Source: Amoebophrya sp. A120 (taxonomy: Eukaryota; Protista; Dinoflagellata). From it: DNA of 64,000 nt. Position 1 is the first letter of the stretch, and each line of letters starts with the position of its first letter. The position numbers and the translations under genes were made by a program. Shown piece by piece: positions 48,903-59,700 of this stretch. A model generated the notes under the pieces. It saw nothing but the letters and a program-made list of their open reading frames with translations, was not told where the DNA came from and made no database searches. The stretch lies in contig CAJINV010000016.1 in the NCBI GenBank assembly GCA_905178155.1, positions 1,563,102 through 1,627,101 on the forward strand, in the 5' to 3' direction.

Positions 48903-50992
48903 TCACGCCAGCATCTCCACGGCCTTCGTGTATTTAGGCATGAATTCCTTTTTTCGGGACACAAAAGCGCCGATATCGATGACATGCTTCGAATTTTCGG
49001 TCGCAACACTGTCGGGGAAAGCCTTTTTCGTGACCTGCATCTCATCTTCTCCGAGAGCGACGGCGACGGACTTCTGCGCAAGGACGTCCACGATGCACCT
49101 GTTGTAGTAGCGGATTCTATTTTCTCAACATTCTCATTTTCGCGCGACAGGCTTCATTTGCTATGTTCTCTAATGCTCAGGACGTTCATCATCATCTTCG
49201 TCCATATGTAGTCATGTATGCCTATGCCGACGCGAACGGCATAATTTTAAAGTAAAAGGAAAGACATGCAAAAGCAAACAAATTCGTCAGTACAGAAAGA
49301 GTGCTCGCAGTCCTTTCTCCTTCTTCAGTTCCGCGAGCTGGTTTAGTAAGTCTTTCTCTTCCACGTTCTGCAGCAAAACCTCCGGGCTCCCAGCGATTTC
49401 CAAGACAGCAATGCCGAATTTGATTTCAACTTCCTTTCCATCGGCACCACTTGCGCAGCCGGCCGTGAACTCTTTGCAGTCCGCCCGTGTCATCTTCCGC
49501 GCGCCCAGGCTCGCGATCCACTTAGTCTTCGCTGCGAACATTTGCAAAGCGTATTCCGTGACCTTCTTCTCCGTATCGAAGCCGCAGCGGAGAGCGAGAA
49601 GCGTGACCGCAAATCGGTCTTCGGCGCAGGTTGTCGGGGATTTCAGGTTCAGCGTGTCGGAGAGAATCGCAGACATCAGAAGCTGCGCGAGAGACTCGGA
49701 GATAGGCTGATTTGATGTTGATGTAGTAGTTTTTCGGACGTTGATTGCTCGTGACGCTAAGTTCATCGGTTGTGCGCGAAATAAAGGCAATCATATTGCG
49801 AATAAATGCAAAGAGATGTTATGAATATCAATATAGTATCATGCACCATCAAGAAAACAGCTCTCAGTATAATCTATGAAGACAAGTAGAATTATATATA
49901 CCTTCTGCAGCTGGAGAAACAAATGAGTGATGATTGTGCTCATGCTGCCCCATGGCCTCAGGTCCATCCAGATTGGGGAATCCGTCGCGAAGCTGCGCGC
50001 CAGGGCGTGGTGGTCAATGACGCCGACCACGTTCTCCAGGAGCTTGTCCTTGATCAGCGGCACCATTTGCTTGGGTTCCGTATGGTCCACGAGGCAGATG
50101 GATTTTTTCTCAATATTTTCGATTTTCTCGAAGAGCTGTGGCCGGGCAATTTTGCACTGCTCCAGGGCAAACACGATTTCACCTGTTGTGGTAGTTTTTG
50201 TTTGTACATTTTTCAAATACAAATTTCATGCTTTGGTGTGCCAGGGGAGAGCAGCAGGCGCATTCAAGTTCATCGCAGTCCTAAATGATCCAGAACATCA
50301 AGTACCAACTTATACAAACAATTATACCGTTCAAATTCTCTTCACTGATCGCCGGGACACCGTCGAAGAGAGCTGCAGCGCCGATCGCGCCAGCCACCGA
50401 GTCTAGGTCCGTGTTGATATGCCCCACGAAAACCGCATTCTCGCCCTTCTTAAACGGGTTCGGTGCGTAGAGATCGTCGTTAGCTTTGTCCCAAGAAGTC
50501 AAAATTCTCTTGCTTCGCATATACGGACTGGGAGGGAAGGCGGTTTCCGTTCCTGAAGAATGCTCGGACTCCGAGCGCGATCGCTTCTGCGCGGAACGAG
50601 ACCGCTTCTGCTGAGCCGCTGCTGTCGTGCCGTCAGGACACGATGGTCTACTACCGTTGCCATCTTCTTCCTTCGTGATTGGCGATGCCGGTGCCGAAGA
50701 CTTCGAAGTTGTGCTGTCGCACGGGCTCTTTGCGGAAACGTCTCTTATTACAGGGAAAAGTGTTAACGTTAACGGTTTTCACAGATTGCAGTCATGCATC
50801 ACAAATGTAGCCCAATATGCATGCTATGCATGGCAAATTCTGACACGTCTTGTGATGCATTTCTGCATCACAAATTCCGTTAACGTTAACACTTTTTCTT
50901 GTGATATCCCTTGGTGAGTTATCATTCTCAATTGATCCGGCTGACGCCGTAGTCGCCAAGCTGGCAATGCTAGTGGTGTGAGGAATCGTCAT
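48903..50992 (-). CDS. DHH-family Mn-dependent inorganic pyrophosphatase (family II/PpaC-like) or exopolyphosphatase
   Basis: GHINTDLDSVAGAI, LVDH, VIDHH, PWGSMSTII, SAILSDTLNLKSPTT, DCKEF and VSRKK motifs across about 6 exons. Confidence 0.88.
50746..50906. mobile_element. Introner family H (161 bp), TSD TCTCT/TCCCT
   Basis: TATTACAGGGAAAAGTGTTAACGTTAACGG ... CCGTTAACGTTAACACTTTTTCTTGTGATA; removal keeps the frame to M50520. Confidence 0.88.
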
Positions 50993-52115
50993 TGTCGATA
51001 GTCGGCGTCGGGTGATGACGGAAAGTAGAGATAGCAGGTAGTTAGTAGACTTAGTGCACGTATCAAATGAAAAGTTCTTGTGATAAAACGGCTTAGGAAA
51101 CCGAAACAAGCTTTTAAGAAAAAGAGACGACGACTCCGGCTCCGAGGGAAACTTTGTCCGGCGGGCTGAAGCACGTCTCAGGAAGAGGTGTAGGGAAGGA
51201 ATGATGTTTTCCTTTATCTGAAAAGGCGTCTACTACAGAGCTTTTAGTTCGATACAGCGAAAAATCGTACAAGGATACGAGAAGATGGCCTGGAATAAAG
51301 TGGTAGAGAAATTCAAATTGTTCAGACGTTGATAAATTCATACTCGAAAACTTCTGTTCTTAGTACTCCTCGTACTAGGAGCAGCTGTAACAAGATAATT
51401 TTTGCGCAGCTGATGCACAAGGCACACTCGGATCTTGCCGATCGACCGAATTTGAAGATCCAGATCTTCGTCATCGCTCGATCTTCCACCTTGATCTTAC
51501 TTTCTCATTTTAGATCGTGTTCTGCCTCGCGACACGAACAGGTTGGATCCATTTCATTTGCATATATTTACATTTTCAGTATAATTATAAATCGCATGAT
51601 CTAGTAGATTTCATCACCTCCGCCTTCTTTCGTACCCTCACGTCACCTTCTCAGGGACCGATTCACATTTTTTTGTCAACAACTGGAACTACGACGGACC
51701 AAAAGATCTTGATCTGCCTTATTTTCTTTGCCACGAACAAAAGACACGACTTGCAGACGACGACGGACCTCCACAGGAGAATCCGAGGAGAAGCATTGAA
51801 CAACCGAACTTCGATGAACATGAACCGCAACAACAAGAACCGCAAACGAAACATTAACTGCATTGCTTGATCAAGAACGAAACAGCCGACTATAGAACGG
51901 TAGTAGTTTCTGCTATGTGTACAAATCCTTCGCGCAGGAGCGAACCCAGATGGAGGATGGCAATCAAGGGACACCAGGCCAGTTCCGTAGTTTCCGATTG
52001 TTTTCTTCTTCACTTTTGGTTAAAAAAGTATTTTCATCCCAATCATCTTTTTGCTACAGGTGAATGAATTTTTGGTCCTCTGTAGTTCACGACTAGGTCG
52101 CAGTCGTTGGCCTTG

Positions 52116-53439
52116 TCATGATCCGGAAAATTCTTGAAAGAGATGCGCACTGAGTAGATTGTTGAAAAAATGAATCGTATGAAACAGCAGCACCCGCCGT
52201 CGGTCTTCCTCTTCTTCCTCTTCTCCCTCCTCACCACCCTCCTCCCCGCCAATCTCGAAAACTTCTTGATTCAGCCACATCGCCACAAAGCCAAGCGCCA
52301 ACAGAATAATGCCGGCGTACACACAATACTGCCAACCAGTACTGTCCGCCGCACTGTAGCAGCAGTCGTAGTCGGCTCGCGGAAGCTCGTCCGTCTGAAC
52401 AAAGCTACTCCGGGGGCGTGGTGGATTGGATTGTTCGTGGTGGACACTAGTAGTTGTAAAACTTCGTCCACTTGTTCCTAGTGGTAGTGGTGTCATTCTG
52501 ACGGCCACGGCTCCTGCTACGTCCTGTATGGCGCTCTCAAACGTTACATTCTCAACTGTTACATGATTTGTCATGCAAATTTACAATCAGAATCGACACG
52601 ATCAAGCTGCTTCGTATGGCAAATTCTTGAAATGCCAGAGAGGCTGACAATCTGCGCCAAATCTGTCATGCAAGACGCGCAATGCCTCCCCTTATATTTT
52701 TCCCATTCTTGCATGACAAATCCATGTAACAGTTGAGAATGTAACGTTTGAGAATGCCATATCCTGCTCATTCATGTTGTACTCGTTCATCCGGTACAAG
52801 GTATGAAAGCGCCAGGTTTGAAATCGTCAAAGTTGAAATAGTTTGTATATGCATAAAATGCATGGCCCGAGGTGCGTGCGTTGCAGAGCAGGCAAGTGAG
52901 GCCGATTGTCAGCCTGTTTGGGGTTACAGCTCGAGCTGCTAAAGTAGCATGAGAAAATCGCTCTTCTTTGCCTAAACAGCATGACAAACTGGATTTAGGG
53001 ACCGACGAAATTTGTCATGCGCCACTTGGAAACTGGGTTCCAACTGGCATCCATTTTATGCATGGCAAATTATTTTAACTTTGTCGATTTCAACTCTGAC
53101 ACATCCATACAAGGACGGCGCACCGTACTGCTGTGCTGCTGGAGTGGCGGCGGAGTTCGAGCTGGCAGCTCTTGTGTAGTGCTGTTCGTCGCTGATAAAA
53201 ACAGTCTGGTGAACATTGCCGCCACGACCGGGATCCAATGTGCTTCGGGGACTAGAACGACCGGGCGAAACGCTCGATGCGTAATAATTTTGATTGCTGC
53301 TGTTCCTGTTCGGGGAGCTCCTTGCCGCACGTTGGCTGTCGGAACCACGAGCGGGTGAAGAATGTTGACTGCTGGTCCTCTCGGAGCTCGAGTTGTTCTT
53401 GTGAACAACTATTCCGGAGCTTGTTCCTGGCACTGCCAT
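52116..53439 (-). CDS. Hypothetical single-pass membrane protein
   Basis: Frame restored across two introners (YGAPSL-YRMNEYNMNEQ-DVAGA); TM WQYCVYAGIILLALGFVAMWL followed by an acidic tract. Confidence 0.6.
52527..52761. mobile_element. Introner family G (235 bp), TSD TCCTG
   Basis: TATGGCGCTCTCAAACGTTACATTCTCAACTGTTAC ... GTAACAGTTGAGAATGTAACGTTTGAGAATGCCATA. Confidence 0.92.
52802..53109. mobile_element. Introner family C (308 bp), TSD CAAGG
   Basis: TATGAAAGCGCCAGGTTTGAAATCGTC ... CTGACACATCCATA. Confidence 0.92.
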
Positions 53440-54411
53440 AATCCTGTGTGCGGAATTAATTGCGTGCTTCTATCTTCGCAGATAGCAAGAGCACGACTTA
53501 TCAAAAGAATACGAAGAATTATAGACTGCTGCTTGGCTCTACTTGGTGTATTTAATCTTTATACGCTGTGTAGCAGAGCAAAGGCAGACACAGCCAGAAG
53601 TATTATCTTGTTCTAGGTATCGATGAAGTAGAAAGAACCAAAACTAGAGTAGACCCGGCTTGCTGCATATGCTTATGCACTCGCCAACGACCATGAAAGA
53701 AAAGAAAAAGAAATCGCGACTTTCCGCACCGTGGTCGATTGCAGCAGCGAACTGCCATGAAACGATGTGCCCAACGATGAAAAATCCTGCAGATCTTTTC
53801 GACGAATGACGAGTGGAAGCAGCGATAATTATATATCACGACGAAGGGCCAGGACACAACCACGACAGATATTTTTCGGACGAGGGTTCGCAGATGCAGT
53901 TTCAACCTTTGGGCCGAACATCACACCACACATTCTCATCCGTACAACTTCACTGCCAACGAGCATCGATTCCTCCTCCAGGATCAGAGTCAGCCGACAA
54001 TCTTGATGCTGCATGCGTAGGTTCTTTCGCTTACTGAGAGGGAGTGCGTCCGTGTGCACGATGGAGAAACATCTTACGCCAAGTTGGAACAAGAAAATGC
54101 ACGTCTTCGGAAAAACATGGGTACATCTGGAACAAGCTGAGGAAAAACTGAGTCAAGCTGGAATACTAGAAGTAGTGACAGGAACATTCATAAGCATAAA
54201 CGCACAACGAACATATCAAAAACTAGTACTCAGTAAGTAGACAGCGTTACTAGTGTGGGGTAGTCAGGAGGACATGCACATAAAGACGTAGCGAAACAAA
54301 ATGACTGTAGTGTACTTGGAATGGGAATCACGTTCACATTTTTCAGATTCAAAAACGAGAAACTGCGTCCGCATTTCGACAATGAAAAAAATCTACTCCG
54401 CACCAGATCTT

Positions 54412-56207
54412 CTAGTAAAACGGTTTTTTCATCGATCCCCCGCGTCCGCTTTGTACCGAAGCTCCACCACCGAGCATATTACCCTTTTTCAAACTCCCGT
54501 TCCCAACCGTCTGCAGGATGCTCTGCTCCATGAAGGCGTCTTCCGTCTGCGCGTTGAGCCCGACTCCAGACAGCAACGCCGACGAGGACTGCAGAAACGA
54601 CAGATCCGGTTCGTTGGTCGACTGCATCTTCTCGAGGAACGCCCGCAGCGCCTTCTTATCCGACACTAACCTCGCCACGTCTTCCTTGAACTTTTCCGCC
54701 TGCTTCCGGCCCAGGAATTTCAGCCGCTCCCGCTCCGCCGCGCCCTGCTCGATCTTGCGGTCCTGAGACTTGACCAAGTCTTCCAGTTCCTGGATGCGCT
54801 TCTCGTACTCCGTGCACTGCTTCTGCGCCCGGACAATCTGCCGGGCATACTCGTCGCGCTCCTGCATCGCCAGCCCGTGCCGACACTCCTCGGCAAGCTC
54901 GTTGCGTTCCTGTGATTTTTACGTCGTATAATTTGTGATGCTGTTCTACTGCATACAACGTGCAGAGAGGTATAAGAAGTAGAAGCTCCTAGAGTCTGCA
55001 ATGCAAAACTACGAAAAAGAGTGAGCTCTGTCATGCAGAATCAACAAAGAATAAGAACACGAACAAAATTATATACGTTCGTTGTCTTCGCCAGAGTGAC
55101 GCGCATGGAATCGAAGGTCTCCTGATTTCGGTCCGCATCGTGTCGCAACCTGGTGTATCAACTGCAAATATGTCTGGGTCTGGGAGAGTGGAACGCTTGT
55201 CATGCACATTTTGTATGACCCATGATGTTTGTGATGCATGCTCTAGCATCACAGGTTCTACTTTACGGGCTTCTTGATCATGCCTATCCCGCATGAGAAA
55301 TGCGGGATCCCCATAGCAACAACTGGAGTCCTCCTGCTCTTTATGCTATAGTACAAATTTTTTTAGACTCCAAGGTTAGCATCACAAGTTGCAATCTTCC
55401 AGACCCAGACATATTTGCAATGCATATGGTCACTTCGTCCTGCAGGTCCAGCATGCGCACGGAGGTTTTTTCGCTCTCCGTTTTCAGGATCACGTTCTGC
55501 CTGATCAGGGCCTCCAGATCTTCCAAAAAGGTTCGCGGCAACACCGCCGGCTCGGAGCGAATCCGGTCGCCCAGTTGCGCCGCGGCGTCCTGAGATTTTG
55601 GATATTTGAGAAGGAAATTTGATGTCATGCGGTCGTGCTCGTGCGACCCTCCGACTAATGAAACGACCAATGAGTTTGACTGGTTTGTGATGCTAAGAAT
55701 GTAGTAGTTAAATGCCGAGAATGAAGATCAACATGTGCGATTGCCCTACTACTTAAAAAATGCATTGCTGTATTGATGCTGTCTTCTTCATAACAAGTAA
55801 GTAAAAATTACCTCGATCTGCCTCAGCACTTGTTCTATCTCGTTGGGTCTCCTTTCCGAAAAGCTCTTCGGTCGCTGCCACAGTCTCGCCTCCGCGGGGG
55901 TCTTTCTCTCGGCCGCCCGCAGCCGCTCGCTGTCCTTCATGCTTTCCGCCTGCTGCGTGATGCCGTCCAGCGTGCGCAAGGCGCCCGTTTCCGGGGAATT
56001 GAAAGACCCGCGGTTTGGGTCGGAGAGCAACGACCCGGAATTCGGCAAATAGTTCAGGTTGTTCTGCTGTTGACTGGCGGGGGCGTTGGAAATGTCAAAT
56101 TTGTCGAGCTCCGCCTTCCAACCGGAGAGCTCCTTGAAATGCCGGGTGAGCATCCCCTCGAGGGCCTCCTCGCTCGAGGCGACAGCCTGGGGACGGGTGG
56201 TGGACAT
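54412..56207 (-). CDS. Hypothetical coiled-coil protein (multi-exon)
   Basis: Exons ~55810-56207, ~55427-55620, 55077-55150 and 54412-54909 form a heptad-rich frame (YEKRIQELEDLVKSQDRKIEQ). Confidence 0.6.
55156..55426. mobile_element. Introner family A (271 bp), TSD TGGTG/TGGTC
   Basis: TATCAACTGCAAATATGTCTGGGTCTGG ... CCAGACCCAGACATATTTGCAATGCATA. Confidence 0.9.
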
Positions 56208-56782
56208 GATGCTTGGAGGTGAGTCAAATTGAATAAAAACAAAATCAAACAACGAGCTTGGGATGGATAACTAATGTTTTGTTCTGTCTGAAAATAGGAG
56301 CAGGAGTTTCAGGTTGTGTATATCAGGGCATGTCAACTGTGTGGGATTGGGGTCAAACAAAAGTCAAATCTACAGTAATTGTACTACGGCAAACACGGCT
56401 TGTTCAACAAGCGCACGAAGATTTCCGAATCGACGAAAAGACGACCGAGGGAGAAAACTACGCACGAAAAGCAAAAGTAGAACGTGAACGATCACCAGAA
56501 GTTGCTGTGCCTGTGCACCACGAAATCACAACGAAATAACAATAAGTTCGTTACACGGAGGCCAGGGCTAGTAAGTATGAACGAAACAGACGAAGGTTGT
56601 AACTTGGACGAGGTTTTGTACGCGCGGCGCGTTTATCGCAGGCAGAAACAAATCAAGAAACTTTCTCAGCACGACTTAAGTTGTACGTGTCTCGAACAAG
56701 AAACACTGGCTGACGATATTTACTTTGGCATCGCGTGGTCTTCAAACCGAAAAGGAATACCACAAGCCACGAACTCCTGAAC

Positions 56783-59700
56783 TTATTCTTCTTGATTAGT
56801 TTTTCTCTGTTTTGTCACGACTGTAGCGTGCTGCGAAAACTCGCCTTGATCTATCCTCCTCGGGTCAAAGGTTATGATTCTCTTGGTAGTACCTCCCAAA
56901 GGCGGATGTGCTGGCCTATACCTTTCTACAAGCTGATGATAGCTCTTGCTGTAGTCGTACAGCAGACCACTAGGGCCGCGGGGCCCACTGCTCCTATCAT
57001 CATGTTTGTTATTGCCGGCCTCTGGTGCAGCTCCTTCTTCCTCCCCACCTGATCCTACGAGCGATCCCATCGCAGAATCCTCGTAACTGCCTGCTCCAGG
57101 AGCCAGCTTTTCCTGTTCATTTTGTTGCGCACAGAACCCCAAGTTTGTGAAGCCAGGGACGCACTGCTGCTCCGTACTAGATCGCTTTATTCCGTCCTCA
57201 GCATCAGAAGAGGAGCTTGCGTGACGACCAGCAGCACCGATCACATCGCTATTATGAACTGCAAAAGTAACGCACTAGTATAAACCAGCCATGCTCCGGC
57301 TGCCGCCGGAGCGCAAGGCTGTTGGGCCGGGGCAAGACTGCTTGCCGATCGGACCACAACCCCACGGGCCTATGCAAAACGAAAGAAACATACTGGACTC
57401 CGGCCCCCGGTTTGCGCCGCACCAACCCGCAGGACCACTTGCGCGCTTCCCGCGCCTGTAGGCGCTCTGCGCAGGGAGCAGCTGTAAAGAACACCGGGGG
57501 CGAACAGAAGCCGCCCGGCGGGAGAGGGTAGCGCGAGAGGGTGGCGCGGGAGGGTGGCGCGAGAGGGTGGCGCGAGAGGGTGCGCGAGAGGGTGGCGCGA
57601 GAGGGTGGCGCGAGAGGGTGCGCGAGAGGGTGGCGCGAGAGGGTGGCGCGAAAAGGCGCCGAACCAAACAAGCCCGCGAATGGCCTGCAGTGCCAAATAT
57701 GGGCACTACCATGCGGATTTGCGCCCGCTTCTTTTTTTTTTTACCCTCTCGCAGACCTCTCACAGACCCTCTTTTGGACCTCTTTTGGGGGTCCCCGCTA
57801 ATAGTCCGGCTATACTCGCGGGTAGAGGTCGACAGAGGTGGCCGAGAGGTGGCGGAGAGGGTCCGCGAGAGGTCGCCCCTTATTCGCGCCACCTCTCTCC
57901 ACCTCTGTCCCCCTCTCGCGCCCCCTCTTTTTGACCTCTCTGCACCCTCTGTGCCACTTAGGCGGCGCCTAAGGGTGGGCGCTTACTGCGGGCCTTATTC
58001 GCGCACCCTCTCGAACGGGGTTTCGCGCCACCTCTCCACCTCTGTCGACCTCTTTTCTACCTCTGTCGACCTCTTTTTTACCTCTCGGCCACCTCTCTGG
58101 GACCCTCTGTCTACCTCTTTTTTCGCATGAATATAATGTATAGTAATTGCAATACAATTTGGCTCAGCAACATTACGTAATGCGGATTTGCCTTAGGAAC
58201 TAGATTTGTGATGCATAAATGCAATTAGTACGAGTACGATACTTTTGCACAGGATAGCTATCCCAGGTCCGGAATTCATCTTCGCGAAGGGGCTGCGGCT
58301 TATTTTCACCTGCTGCTTCATGATCTTCCCCGGCTTTGATGGGATCATCGACACCTGTTTCACCACCTCCGGCCGCCGAGGACAACGCACCAGTAGCAAC
58401 CGCAACGCTTCGCGTCCCCGGTGACGAGTCCTCCTGCAAGGGAAAAATCCGGGTCGTCGCCGACAAACTTTTGTCCGCCAATACGGCCTTCCCCTCGACC
58501 AATTTGAACTGATCCCGTCTCCGCCCATTGCTCACGCCAGTGAGTTTCTTCTTTACCAGATTGTCCAGTATCCCGTTGTACGCAGACTCCCGGTCATCCT
58601 GGCACAGCTTGTGTGCCTTCCGCATGGTGTGCCGCACGTCGATGTTCTTCGGTGGGTACTTGGATATGGCCCGCTCAGGTGTTACAGTCTACTCAACTGT
58701 TACGAAGAGCAACGGAGACTCGTACTTGCGATGCAGGAAAGAACGCTAACGCACGATTTGGCTTACATATGCTCACAGGATTCGTCCCCCTGACAAGTTG
58801 AAGCTCTGCCGTCGCCGTCCCAAACTGCAACTGCATGAAAAATCCGGCAAAATTTTCATTGCAAAAAAGCCGACACGACTCTGTGCGTCTCTCATGCTGA
58901 TCTTCATACAACAACCAAAATCTTCCAGAACCAAATTTCATTAGAAGTGTACCTGCTGAGATTGTAACACCTCAGAGCAGGTCATACGATACCAACATCG
59001 GTTTTTCCGCGCGTTCAGCATGTACTCTTCGACCACAGTGTTTGGTAACTTCCGTAAGTATTCCAGCAAGTTGTCCGTGTTCGCGATGGGCCATTTGATG
59101 ACGAACTTACTCGTGTCCAGAATGTCCTCGAAAGGAAGTTCCCACTGGTATCATATGTAAAAACGTCCCCACACCAGAGTCAAGATGGGGAATCTGCTAG
59201 ACAAATCAGCCAGCTTTGGTTGTTTGGCATGACAAGTTTGTCCGCGTAGTGTAGTGCTGTTTGAGCTAGTTTAGCAGCATTACAGATCTAGTATCTCGTG
59301 CTGATTGGAGCATGACAAATTTCAAAACCGCATTACAAAATGCTTCTCATGGGGCTCCGCATGAGAAACATTTTAAGCATGCAGAGTTGCATGACAACTA
59401 TGGTGTGGGTACGTTTTTACTCAGGATAACTGGTCGGAAAGGAGAACCGGGACGCAGTTGGTGAACAACGACTCGAAGATATTGAAAGAAAAAACTGTGT
59501 TAGTGTAGGTGTTTCAAAAATCACTATTTTTTTTCATATGCAAAACTCAAAAATTCTCAAGCTGCGGCGCAATCCCCGACCTGGTATGTGTTGATGTTTA
59601 TATGGTGAATTTATATAGTCAAAACTAGCTACGGTTGCTTCGGTATATGTGAATAGTTAAGGAGGCAGGACTCATCGGTGCTGGCGACGGCTGACTGAAG

